DNA of 63,719 nt, counting the filler. It is 8 parts of 8 records of this genome, joined end to end, with 100 filler letters (N's around TTAATTAATTAA, not from the genome) between each part and the next. Parts side by side here need not be neighbours in the genome. Positions count along the whole stretch, not along the records: positions 30,559 to 36,486 come from SRR31156797_23792; positions 36,587 to 44,297 come from SRR31156797_23796; 6 more parts are not named here. One strand, written 5' to 3'. The notes under the pieces are model-generated. The model saw nothing but the letters and a program-made list of their open reading frames with translations. It had not been told where the DNA came from and did not search any database. The translations under genes were made by a program, and so were the position numbers. Each line of letters begins with the position of its first letter. Positions within the stretch are counted from its first letter, which is position 1. Of this stretch, positions 31,147 through 41,231 are shown piece by piece.

Positions 31147-32155
31147 TATTCATCACCTCGAACTTCAAGGATGAGGGAATCTTATCCATCACTTTTCCAT
31201 AAATCTTTTCCGGAAGGGATTTTGTTCCAAATGATGCTGGCATTGTATTGAGCTCTATGTAAGAACCAATACAGTTAGCAAGGAAAATACCGTACAATAT
31301 CCCATCAACGTAGTTGGCAAAGTAACCATATATGAAGACAAGTACCCCACATACGATACCATAGACAATACGACCATTCTTGGTCACAGGTGAGGTCGGT
31401 GCATCGGTCGCGAGGAAAAGGATACCGAAGAAGACTGCACCAATCATTGCATAAGGCAGTTCAGGACTCATGTCAAGGAAAACGAAAAGTTGTGACATGT
31501 ACATCAATGGGTTCAGTACACCTTCATGTACAAGAGCCATTACGCTGGAAATGAACAACATGATCTGAGGTAATGCCACCAGTGTGGCAAAGAATGAAAG
31601 TGGAACCTTCCAGTCAACATATCTTTTGTATATTAGATACACGCCTCCGATAAGCAGTATTGGGGAAACACCCACCATAAGGCCTGCACCATGCTCAAGG
31701 AAAAGGTCAGAGAACTGGCCTACATGCGGAATAGATGAAGCTGTCATGTATTGTGGCCAGGCACTTTTTATAAAGATCCATGAAACCAGAACCGGGTTGA
31801 AAATATAGGATCCAATGCCTCCAAAAACATGTATTCCAACGGTAATAGCAAAGAAACCACCAACAACAGGTATCCATAAAGGAGCTTCGGGTGGGATAAG
31901 CAATGCAAGTAACAGACCCACCAGGGCTGCATTGCCATCTGATATCGTTACTTTCTGTTTAAGTACAGTCTGTATCACAAATTCTGTTGCCACGGCAGAC
32001 ACTACGGATGCAACGATGATGCCGAGTGCAGGTAAACCAAAGAAGTATATCGCTGCAAGACACAATGGAAGCAGAGCAACTATCTTGCTAAAATTCAATG
32101 TCTTGAAATCTAATCTTGTTTTCTTGTGAGGGGGAGCTGAAATAGTATACGTCAT
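31139..32155 (-). CDS. rnfD: Rnf complex subunit D (methanogen type)
   Basis: ISAPPH, FGGIGSYIFNP, ATDAPTSP; start moved to ATG 32155. Confidence 0.9.
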   Translation of the reverse strand: MTYTISAPPHKKTRLDFKTLNFSKIVALLPLCLAAIYFFGLPALGIIVASVVSAVATEFVIQTVLKQKVTISDGNAALVGLLLALLIPPEAPLWIPVVGGFFAITVGIHVFGGIGSYIFNPVLVSWIFIKSAWPQYMTASSIPHVGQFSDLFLEHGAGLMVGVSPILLIGGVYLIYKRYVDWKVPLSFFATLVALPQIMLFISSVMALVHEGVLNPLMYMSQLFVFLDMSPELPYAMIGAVFFGILFLATDAPTSPVTKNGRIVYGIVCGVLVFIYGYFANYVDGILYGIFLANCIGSYIELNTMPASFGTKSLPEKIYGKVMDKIPSSLKFEVMNNE

Positions 32156-32156
32156 A

Positions 32157-33515
32157 TCACTCACCTCCGCAGCCGCATCCAAGTTTCATATTGGATGACT
32201 CCTTTTCAGGCAGGTCATCATATGCCATATCAATGGCATCCTTTGCATACCTGATCAGCTGCAGAATGTGTATCTTTGATGGACAGACTGCTGCACAGTC
32301 ACCACATTCAATACAGTTCTGAATATGGATTTGCCTGCATTCATCAAAACGACCCTGATCTGCCATTACAGCAAGACGACTTGGGATTAAGTTAACAGGA
32401 CAGACATCCACACAGCGTGCACAATGTATGCAAGCAATAGATTCGTCCCTGATGATCTCTTCGGGTTTCTGCAGGGATATCCTGGTAGTTCCTTTTGTAA
32501 CCGGGACCTGGTCAGTGTACTGTGCCACACCGGTCCTCACACCGTTTGCTATGATCTTACCGATCTCACCGGTGTATCCGAATGAATCAATCACGTCCTT
32601 AAAAGGAGTACCGATCTTCACAAGGATATATTCCATCTTGCCTGAAACACCTTCCACAGAAACAACGGTATCGTAGAATGGTTTTCCTTCATGAACAGCA
32701 TCATAGAGGGCTTTTGCGGATTTGATACCACATACTGCAACTCCTACATCCGTAGGATCACAATCAACATTTACCTTTCTTCCTGTTACATTATAAGTAA
32801 AGAAGTTAAGGATCTTCTTACCATAGATGCGCTGCTGGGACAGAACGACTATGTCCGAGTTCTGCTCCTTAAAATAGTAACCGATCTTACGGCCACCTAC
32901 AAGAGGGGCAACCCTCAGTTTCTTGTTATCGACCTCAATACCCTCAAAGGCATTTATGGACTCTTTATCATCAGTCCTGAGTACAATAGCTCCTTTGCTG
33001 GCGCCTGCTGCTTTCATGAGCAGTTTGAGGGCATCCATGACCTGAGATGCATAATCTCTTGGTGTTTTGAAGTTACCGCCGATCCATTCGGATGAAGTAG
33101 CATTGATAAGTACTGTATCTATCTTCTTGCCCTTAGGCCTGAGAACAGTATGAGTAGGCATTCCATAATGCTCTACGATACCTGAATCCTTAATAAGGTC
33201 TGCAAGTTTTTCAGGTGAAAGTTCCCCGCATGGGGAGAATTCGACCGATTCATCGCCCCCTTCCGGCTGGATGACAACACTTGCCACCTTGTTACCATCT
33301 GGATGAGCTGATTCCTCAACAGCAATTACCTCACCACAGACACTTGAATGAACCGCAGAACTGTTGTAGGCCTCACTTTCGCCTATCTTCTGTCCGACCA
33401 GAACCCTGTCGCCTTTCTTCACAAGGGGTTCACAGACAGCACCCCTGTGCTGCCTGAGTGGAATAATGATCTTTTCCGGTAATTTATCCAATGTTCTTAT
33501 TTCCACAATTCTCAA
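32157..33515 (-). CDS. rnfC: Rnf complex subunit C (methanogen type)
   Basis: IPLRQHRGA, VHSSVCGEV, CIHCARCVDVCP, CIECGDCAAVCP. Confidence 0.92.
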   Translation of the reverse strand: MRIVEIRTLDKLPEKIIIPLRQHRGAVCEPLVKKGDRVLVGQKIGESEAYNSSAVHSSVCGEVIAVEESAHPDGNKVASVVIQPEGGDESVEFSPCGELSPEKLADLIKDSGIVEHYGMPTHTVLRPKGKKIDTVLINATSSEWIGGNFKTPRDYASQVMDALKLLMKAAGASKGAIVLRTDDKESINAFEGIEVDNKKLRVAPLVGGRKIGYYFKEQNSDIVVLSQQRIYGKKILNFFTYNVTGRKVNVDCDPTDVGVAVCGIKSAKALYDAVHEGKPFYDTVVSVEGVSGKMEYILVKIGTPFKDVIDSFGYTGEIGKIIANGVRTGVAQYTDQVPVTKGTTRISLQKPEEIIRDESIACIHCARCVDVCPVNLIPSRLAVMADQGRFDECRQIHIQNCIECGDCAAVCPSKIHILQLIRYAKDAIDMAYDDLPEKESSNMKLGCGCGGE

Positions 33516-33519
33516 CTCC

Positions 33520-35079
33520 TTAGAATGCAGGGTCCTTTTCTACTTCAGTAGGCTTTGCACCAGGTATAGTCACACCTATTGTCTTTTCGGAGAAGTCTGT
33601 TGGCGGATCTGTTTCTGCCGGATCGGCATCATAACCAAGTAAGTTCCAGTTGATCACAGGGATAACATCATGGCACTTGGAACAATCCTGAGTTTCAGTT
33701 CCAAAGTGGACATTCTGGAGAGTCTCTGAAGCTGATGCTCCATGACAATCAGCACATTCCAGAGGATCTGCAAGACCTGTCTCTGAACCTGCAATGTTGT
33801 GGCTTACCTGATAGTACATTTCCACATGCCTGAGAACAGCATTCGGATAGTCCGGGGTTCCGTCAGCATTGCCATCATATGATTTAATCTCATCTTCTGT
33901 AACAATACCGTCACCGTCATCATCTGCCCTGAGGACTTCATCAGGAGTAATCGGGTTACCTATCACAGCACTTGTATTAGGATCTGCAAGTACTTCTGCA
34001 TTGATTCCTTCATCCCACCAGACACCTGAAATTATATTGAATGGTTTGAGTACAGAGTCCTCGTTACGTTCCTGAGCTACTGGCAGAAGGTCATAGTAGA
34101 CACCTGATGACCATCCAAGAGTTGGAGTGAACTCAGATTCATATACAACATCCTCACGTTCACCGCTAGCCCAGCTAAACTCCTTAATCACAGGAGTGCC
34201 GGTTACATCGGTTCCCGGGAGTGCCGGTATATGACATGATTCACAACTGATGAACTCAAGGTGAGCATCGACCATTCCGCCGTGTGATATGCCTTCGTGA
34301 CATCCCGAGGAATCACAGTCCTTTACGCCTACTTCGTGTTCCATGTGTGCTGGTTCGGAAGCAAAGAGATATTCACGGGTACCTATATCATGTTCTTCGG
34401 TCTCATGGCATTCCTGACAGTCAACATCGTCGTGGACATCGTATGAAGCTGAATCCTCAAGTGTCCATGAAACAGCTGTTGTTGAAATGTCACCTGTATG
34501 ACAGTTACTTCCACAGAGAGCCTTGTTCGGTGCACCGTTCACTTCATCGTGTACTTCGGTTACCAGTGGAAGTGGCGCCAGAACATCAAGCAGATAACTT
34601 GCTACATATAATGGTTCTTTCTGTAATTCTGTCCTTGATTCCTCGATAGCGGCTTCGTTGGCTTCCTCAAAATTGCCTGCTGCTATGCTTTCTGCACGTG
34701 CCTCAAAATCATAGCCATTAACCTGCTCATGACAGATCATACAGTCGATATCGACTCCATAGTCTCCCATGTAGCCGCCACCGGGATGGACCTGTCCATA
34801 GGTTACTGCCATGGCATCTGTATCAATGCTGTCGACATCAACACCATAATCCATGATAGATGACCACCTTTTCAGGTCCTGCTCCACGTGGTCTGACTCA
34901 GCGACTTCCTCATACACGCCTCCGTGACAGCCACTGCATGAGCTATCTGACCATTTCTGTCCGGTCATATAATGAGTGGACATGGCCGCATTGCCGCTGT
35001 ATCCAATGTATGTATACACACCAGCTGCTGCGAACATTACGAGGAGAATCCCGATAAGAATAACATTCATTTTAGCCAT
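33520..35079 (-). CDS. mmcA: multiheme cytochrome c MmcA (Rnf-associated)
   Basis: N-terminal TM; eight heme motifs (CSGCH, CMICH, CGSNCH, CQECH, CDSSGCH, CESCH, CADCH, CSKCH); immediately upstream of rnfC. Confidence 0.88.
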   Translation of the reverse strand: MAKMNVILIGILLVMFAAAGVYTYIGYSGNAAMSTHYMTGQKWSDSSCSGCHGGVYEEVAESDHVEQDLKRWSSIMDYGVDVDSIDTDAMAVTYGQVHPGGGYMGDYGVDIDCMICHEQVNGYDFEARAESIAAGNFEEANEAAIEESRTELQKEPLYVASYLLDVLAPLPLVTEVHDEVNGAPNKALCGSNCHTGDISTTAVSWTLEDSASYDVHDDVDCQECHETEEHDIGTREYLFASEPAHMEHEVGVKDCDSSGCHEGISHGGMVDAHLEFISCESCHIPALPGTDVTGTPVIKEFSWASGEREDVVYESEFTPTLGWSSGVYYDLLPVAQERNEDSVLKPFNIISGVWWDEGINAEVLADPNTSAVIGNPITPDEVLRADDDGDGIVTEDEIKSYDGNADGTPDYPNAVLRHVEMYYQVSHNIAGSETGLADPLECADCHGASASETLQNVHFGTETQDCSKCHDVIPVINWNLLGYDADPAETDPPTDFSEKTIGVTIPGAKPTEVEKDPAF

Positions 35080-35091
35080 ACTTACCTCGCT

Positions 35092-35496
35092 CTATTCCTC
35101 TGCAACTTCTTCGAGCTGTTTGACCACAACTACAATATTGTTTCTCAAGTCCTGCTCATTTGTTATCTTCATATCGCCAGAAACATATTTGTCGATCACA
35201 AATGACTTTCTGACTACACGTACATTAAAGTCAAAAACCTTATCCAGAAGACCTTTTTGAGGAGTGATTCCTAAAAAGTCCACATCCATATGATTGCCAA
35301 GTACATTTGCCTTAAGTTCAATTTTATCAAGAGAAGACCCCGGTTTCACATAAATGATATGATGTTTTACAAAACCAAAGTGTTTCTCTATACCTCTCCA
35401 ACCGTACTCTTCCATTAGTTGATGAAGGGCGACAACAAGGTACTTATCCTTGCTTGAACTAGTTCCCGTACCTGAACCTGTGCTGGGATTGCTCAT
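35092..35496 (-). CDS. conserved hypothetical protein upstream of mmcA
   Basis: 134-aa ORF, GGAAG RBS-like sequence, 12 nt from the mmcA start. Confidence 0.7.
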   Translation of the reverse strand: MSNPSTGSGTGTSSSKDKYLVVALHQLMEEYGWRGIEKHFGFVKHHIIYVKPGSSLDKIELKANVLGNHMDVDFLGITPQKGLLDKVFDFNVRVVRKSFVIDKYVSGDMKITNEQDLRNNIVVVVKQLEEVAEE

Positions 35497-35602
35497 TCTA
35501 TTACTTCCTTCAGATGAATATAATAACTATTACAAGCGGAAATTGACTTCCTTCTTTTCCGCAGTACATAAGTTTAATATTAAGTATATCTTTTCATATT
35601 GC

Positions 35603-36486
35603 ATGAGGTATAAAACTGTTGCCATTGTACTGATAGCGATTTTCACAGTATTATTCATGATAGATTATGTGTCAGATCAAAATACTGGCACCCCTGTCAA
35701 AGAAAAAAGCTTCTCACAAACCAGAAGCATGATGGATACAACTGTTACAGTATCCGTCATAAGTTCCAATGAAATTTTTGCACTACAGGCTATTGATGAT
35801 GCCTTTGAGAAGATATCCTATGTAGATGACCTGATGAACAACTATGATAATGCCAGTGAGATAAGCGCACTAAATAGTCAGGGCACTTTGGACAACGCAA
35901 ACCCTCAACTTGTCTTTGTGATCGGCAGATCAAAATATTACTCAGAAATTAGCGGAGGAGCATTTGATATATCCATACAACCAGTACTTGATCTCTGGGC
36001 GAGCAAGTACAGCTCCGGAGGAACTTTCCAAGGTCCTACTCCGGAAGAAATAAATGAAACAATCAAACTTGTGAACCACTCCGCCATAATGATAGAAGGA
36101 AACAATATCACTATGACTGAAGGTATGAAAATAACCCTGGGTGGTGTTGCAAAGGGATATGCTGCTGACCTTGCAATTGAATCAATGATTAATAACGGTA
36201 TTACATCTGGTTTTGTAAATGCTGGCGGCGATGGAAGATATATTGGCACAAAACCAGACGACAGCCTTTGGAGTGTCGGACTACAGAACCCGGATAAAAG
36301 TGAAGAAGCAGTAACTGTTATGCACATACAGGACATGGCAGTTGCCACAAGCGGAAACTATGAACGTTATTTCAGCGATGCTGCAAAAGTATCACATATT
36401 GCAGACCCAAGAACCGGGTACTCTTCACAGAACCTAATCAGCGCAACTGTCATCGCAAATACAACTATGGATTCTGATGCATTTGC
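35603..36486 (+). CDS. apbE: FAD:protein FMN transferase (ApbE), 3' truncated
   Basis: MMDTTV, GAFDISI, LGGVAKGYA, NAGGD, ATSGNYERYF, HIADPRTG. Confidence 0.93.
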
Positions 36487-36586
36487 NNNNNNNNNNNNNN
36501 NNNNNNNNNNNNNNNNNNNNNNNNNNNNNNTTAATTAATTAANNNNNNNNNNNNNNNNNNNNNNNNNNNNNNNNNNNNNNNNNNNN
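36487..36586. other. artificial contig spacer
   Basis: N44-TTAATTAATTAA-N44. Confidence 0.99.
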
Positions 36587-36627
36587 TCCATGACGGTCTT
36601 GCCCAGACCGGTGGATTGAACTTTCAC
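36587..36627 (-). CDS. start of a downstream gene (MKVQSTGLGKTVM...), truncated
   Basis: AAGGAGG RBS overlapping the upstream stop, then a GTG start; frame open to the contig end. Confidence 0.5.
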
Positions 36628-36640
36628 GAGTCCATCCTCC

Positions 36641-38263
36641 TTAGAGCAGGCCGAGTTCCTCGGCTCGGGTTACCATTTCCGGTTTGTTCCACCACTTCTC
36701 CAAACTCAGATCATCAGCGATTCTGCCGGCTGCGTTATAACCGTTGGCCATCAGGATCGTGCCCCCGGGGTAGGTGCAGGCGCCGCAGACATATAGGGAT
36801 TCAATGGGAGTGGCGTATTCCGAACAATATTCATTGGGACGCAGATAACCCATTTGCAGAGGGGTGTACGCCCCCTGTTTATACGAACCTTCCCGCATGT
36901 TCACCAGCTTGTTGTGAATGTCCTTGGGCGTGGTGATATATCGCCACATTACTGTTTCCTCGTCCACGCCGTCCACATACCGGCTCAAGCGGTTCGCAGC
37001 TTCGTCAGCAACTTGATCCCGGACGTTATACCAGGCCTCCGCCCCGCCGTTCCGGAGATTGTATGGCGCGTGACAGGATATCAGGGCGGTATGTTTGCCC
37101 GGCGGGGCCTGCATGGGATCGTGAAGAGTGGGCACGCAGAAGTTGAAGCCCGATGTCTGGGGCAGACCGTTATTCAATCCCGCGAATCCGGTCAGGAGTT
37201 CGTTGTAACTTTCAAATCCGAATACGTGAATAAATGCATCGTTAACATCCGGATTCCGCTCCGCAGCTTTAAACCGGGGCCGGTCGAAAAGGGCGAAGTG
37301 CACGTGAAAGTAACTGTGCGGCTCCCATTGCCAATCCTTTGTCCTGGTAACAAAGTCCACATCCAGATTTTCTTCGCCCACCAATTCCAGGAAAGTCTGC
37401 TGCGGGTTGAGACTGGAAACCACGAATTTTTTGGCTTTGTAGTAATAACCGTCCTCGGTTTCCACGCCTACGGCCCGGCCGTTTTCCAGGACGATCTTCG
37501 ATGCAGCTTTGGGCCCGATGATCATGCCCCCATGTTTGTAGATGACCTTGCTCATCAAATGGGCCAGGTGATGGGACCCGCCGACAACGAGACGATAATT
37601 GGCCGCACGGTTTAAATATAGAGGAACCAGGAATCCGAGGCCGTCCTGTTCATAATCCAGCCCCCACATGCAGGCCGCGTACAGGAACATTGTCCGAACG
37701 TGCTCATTTTCAAAAAGCGCCTCCACGATCTCGCGGGGAGACATGGGCTGCAATCCCTGAAGCTCGCGTCCCACCTCATGGGCCTGCATTTTGGTCATTG
37801 CCTCCATGGCCGGGTGGGGTGGAGCGTAGGTGGCCGGTGCAATGAAAAGGTCCATATATTCCTTGAACCGGGGCGCCACGCGTCGGTACGTGGCTGCGTC
37901 TCGGGATGAAAACAGCTCGATGGATTGGGCGGTCCGCTCAATGTCCTGGTACACGCCCAATGTCCGGCCGTCAGCCAAAGAGAGGTTCATGACCGGATCG
38001 GGAAACACAAAAGCCAAATCGTAATCCCGGGTCATTTCCTTCTCGAAATCCTTGAATACCGGAGCGTAGTCCACCATGGGCATGTAAATGGCATGGGTGT
38101 TGTGGATAAATGTAGGGATTGTCACATGCTCCGAGCAGAGCCCGCCTCCCATTTCAAAGCGCCTTTCCAACAGCAGAATCTTCAACCCTGCCTTGGCCAG
38201 GTAGGCGCCGCAGAGCAGGCCGTTAGGTCCGGCCCCGATGATGATTCCGTCGTATTCAGACAT
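36641..38263 (-). CDS. phytoene desaturase-like FAD-dependent oxidoreductase
   Basis: IIGAGPNGL..LERR..GG, PTLHDP.QAPPGKHT, TPIESLYVCGA.TYPGG. Confidence 0.85.
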   Translation of the reverse strand: MSEYDGIIIGAGPNGLLCGAYLAKAGLKILLLERRFEMGGGLCSEHVTIPTFIHNTHAIYMPMVDYAPVFKDFEKEMTRDYDLAFVFPDPVMNLSLADGRTLGVYQDIERTAQSIELFSSRDAATYRRVAPRFKEYMDLFIAPATYAPPHPAMEAMTKMQAHEVGRELQGLQPMSPREIVEALFENEHVRTMFLYAACMWGLDYEQDGLGFLVPLYLNRAANYRLVVGGSHHLAHLMSKVIYKHGGMIIGPKAASKIVLENGRAVGVETEDGYYYKAKKFVVSSLNPQQTFLELVGEENLDVDFVTRTKDWQWEPHSYFHVHFALFDRPRFKAAERNPDVNDAFIHVFGFESYNELLTGFAGLNNGLPQTSGFNFCVPTLHDPMQAPPGKHTALISCHAPYNLRNGGAEAWYNVRDQVADEAANRLSRYVDGVDEETVMWRYITTPKDIHNKLVNMREGSYKQGAYTPLQMGYLRPNEYCSEYATPIESLYVCGACTYPGGTILMANGYNAAGRIADDLSLEKWWNKPEMVTRAEELGLL

Positions 38264-38404
38264 ATTTGCTCCTTTCAGATCCGATCAGCCGCGATGGCCG
38301 GGACATAGCGATGCAACAACAGAAACCATGTCGAAAAACGGATGGTTCCGTCGGCGTCCGGCAATGGGCGCTGCTTTATCAATTGTGTGAATGTCACACA
38401 TTAG

Positions 38405-38420
38405 AGCAAGATGCATGCCA
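38405..38420 (-). promoter_or_regulatory. sigma54 (-24/-12) promoter
   Basis: Minus strand TGGCATGCATCTTGCT, near-consensus; lies between the sigma54 activator and the oxidoreductase. Confidence 0.75.
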
Positions 38421-38507
38421 TGTGATTGCGACCGGCAATCGTTTAATATAGATGGTTAATTGGAGTGGATTGTGTATTGCGACTTGAAAATTGGAAAAAA
38501 TTATTTT

Positions 38508-39881
38508 TCAAGTGGAAAGTTTTTTTCCAAAACCAGGCTGCCTCTCAAGGCCATACTTGCGAATCTTGGACCGCAGGGTGGGGCGAGATATGTTGAGCAG
38601 CCTGGCAGCTTCGGAAAGATTGCCGCGAGTGAACAAAATAGCCTTTCTCACAGCGTTTTTCTCCACTTCAGCCAGAGTCGGCACTGGAGCGCGATCAGTC
38701 TCCCAACGGCGGCTTTTGTTGAGGATGCTCTTTACGACGTCTTCCAAAATTACTTCGTCACGACCCAACAGGCAGGCTTGGGTCAACAGGTTTTCCAATT
38801 CCCTCACATTACCCGGCCATTCGTATTCCATTAGCGCCTGAACGGCCCGGTCCTCAATCCGGAGCACTCCTGTTTTGTGCCGGAGGTTGATTTTGTGCAG
38901 GAAATGCCGTATCAGAAGCGGGATGTCCTCACGTCGTTCCCGTAAGGGGGGGACGAAGATGGTCAGCACTTTCAACCGATAATACAGATCCTTGCGGAAC
39001 CGCCCGTCGGAGATGGCCCGGTACAGATCCCGGTTGGTGGCCGCGATGATTCGAGCATTGGATTTCTTCGGTTGATTGCTTCCAACCGGCTGGTATTCCT
39101 TCTCCTGCAGGAATCGTAACAACTTTGATTGTAGAGATAAGGGAAGGTCGGCTATTTCGTCGAGAAAGATTGTGCCGTCTCCTGCGATCTCGAATTGCCC
39201 CTGGTGGGTTTTGTAAGCTCCTGTAAAGGAGCCTTTTTCATGGCCGTACAGAGTGCTTTCCGAAAGCGTCTCCACAAGTGTAGAGCAATCAACGGTGATA
39301 AAGGGCTGGTCCCGGTTGGCGCTGTTGCTGTGAATGATTCGGGCTACGAGTTCCTTGCCCGTACCGGTTTCTCCCCGGATGCCAACCACTGCGTTGGTGT
39401 TGGAGATGCGCCCGATGAATTTATATATTTCGCGCATGGCATGCGTCCCGCCGATGATCTCGTCTTCTTCGAGTTCAGCGTTGTCGGTCGGCGGCACGGG
39501 TTTGATCTTTTCAGCCAGTTTCAGAACATGAAAGGCCTGTTGAACTTTCCTTTCGAGCGAGCTTTTGTCAAGGGACTCGGGTATGCAATCGAAAGCGCCG
39601 AGTTTGGTGGCATGAATTGTCAGGGCCATATTTTCACGGTGGTAAAAGAGGATGGTTTTTGTCGGGATTCCGTCCCGGGGAATCAGGTCCAGGAATTCCA
39701 ACCCGCTCATGTCGGGCAGCAGTGCATCGAGAAGGACCACTGTGGAGTGGCGGTCTTTTAGCCGGTCCAATCCCTCGCGGCCTTTTCCCACCAATTCCAG
39801 GCAGTATTTACCCTGGAAAATTGGAACAAGGCTCTTCTTGTATTCCGGGGAACCTCCGACGATGACCAGTCGTCTTTCCAT
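38508..39881 (-). CDS. sigma54-dependent response regulator (NtrC/AtoC-like)
   Basis: Receiver LLDALLPD; GETGTGKE, GHEKGSFTGA, WPGNVRELEN; HTH. Confidence 0.92.
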   Translation of the reverse strand: MERRLVIVGGSPEYKKSLVPIFQGKYCLELVGKGREGLDRLKDRHSTVVLLDALLPDMSGLEFLDLIPRDGIPTKTILFYHRENMALTIHATKLGAFDCIPESLDKSSLERKVQQAFHVLKLAEKIKPVPPTDNAELEEDEIIGGTHAMREIYKFIGRISNTNAVVGIRGETGTGKELVARIIHSNSANRDQPFITVDCSTLVETLSESTLYGHEKGSFTGAYKTHQGQFEIAGDGTIFLDEIADLPLSLQSKLLRFLQEKEYQPVGSNQPKKSNARIIAATNRDLYRAISDGRFRKDLYYRLKVLTIFVPPLRERREDIPLLIRHFLHKINLRHKTGVLRIEDRAVQALMEYEWPGNVRELENLLTQACLLGRDEVILEDVVKSILNKSRRWETDRAPVPTLAEVEKNAVRKAILFTRGNLSEAARLLNISRPTLRSKIRKYGLERQPGFGKKLST

Positions 39882-40044
39882 CCGGGCCTCCCGGTGGAAG
39901 CCGGGCGCGGCGCAAGGGACTGACTTCCCGACGCCGGTCCGTTTCCGTCAGAAGCGTTTACAATGAAAGTGAATTACATCCTTAGGTTAATCGAAATCGG
40001 CAATGATTTCAAGAAGATTTTGTATTGACTGAAACCAGTCTTTT

Positions 40045-40659
40045 CTATGATGAGTCATTCTCCCATTCAAGGATTTCCTTCTCCCGAGCCTGTATTGCTT
40101 CCCGGGCCAGGCGGATGGCTGTGGAAGTGAACAACCATGCTCCGATTCTGGCTTTGACGTAATCATAATACTCCCGGGGTTTTACCCCCCCTTGCTTATC
40201 TAGTTCCTGCCACATGCCAATTTCGGAAAACCGCCAAAGCTTGTCCGCGTCCTTTACGATCCGCTCCTCAATGGAGCGGGCCGTCTGGGAGGAATCATGG
40301 GTGGATATGATGGATGTAATGAAATCGATCCGGTCGTGGTCGTATGATACGCTTTCCAGGATTTCCCGTGCGATCCGGGCGCCCTGTATTTCGTGGATCC
40401 GGTTAAGCCGGTCGGCTTCTTCACCTGATGGCCGAACCCCGTACGCCCGGAGAATTTCATCACGGGTCAGGGCCGACCAACCTACATCATGAAGAATGAC
40501 GGCCGGCTCCACAACCTCCCGGTCGCCGCCTTCCGCTGCCAGCAATTGGAGTGCATAATCGTGAGAAACCTGTGTGTGAGGTATATCGCCCCTAACGACC
40601 AGGTAAGGTTCAGCGACCTTAAAAAGCCATTCAATAAACTTGTTCCAATCCAACTTCAT
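40045..40659 (-). CDS. HD-domain phosphohydrolase
   Basis: H..V, ILHDVG, HE..GA, HDS, KDADKL. Confidence 0.85.
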   Translation of the reverse strand: MKLDWNKFIEWLFKVAEPYLVVRGDIPHTQVSHDYALQLLAAEGGDREVVEPAVILHDVGWSALTRDEILRAYGVRPSGEEADRLNRIHEIQGARIAREILESVSYDHDRIDFITSIISTHDSSQTARSIEERIVKDADKLWRFSEIGMWQELDKQGGVKPREYYDYVKARIGAWLFTSTAIRLAREAIQAREKEILEWENDSS

Positions 40660-41231
40660 CGCCTTTGAGTTGCTGTTAACATGACCACAACACCTTTTTC
40701 CCCGGATAATATACCGGCTGCTTGAAACGTGTTAAATTCTCACCATTCACTGGTGATGAAAAGTTTTTTACCTGTTCTTCCATGTGTGGCAATGAATAAC
40801 TAGCTGAATCTGTTACACAAACACCTTCCCACCCATTTTAAGGATAATCCATGAATTACCCCACTGTCAATCGTCATCCTTGGTCCATATCTGTCTTATT
40901 TACGTTTTCTCAAATTATTGCAATAGGTTGCAATGCTCTAAAATTGGAAATAGGTCGACGTTGGTAAATTGCGCCGCAGTTTACGTCTGACAAAGATCGA
41001 TAAAATACAATTAAAAAGGGATAATCGGATATTTCGGTTCTAATTAGACGGAGTCTCAACACCAACATGTAACATAGCATTTTGCGCCCCGAAAATGGCA
41101 TGGATACTTGGTCGGCGATCTGACAAGCTTTATCATTGCTACTCAGCCTAAACCTTACAGCTCAGTCCACATAATGCGATTCAAGCAAGCAACAACAGGT
41201 TTTGGAATTCAATCAGCCGTCTATTACGGCC

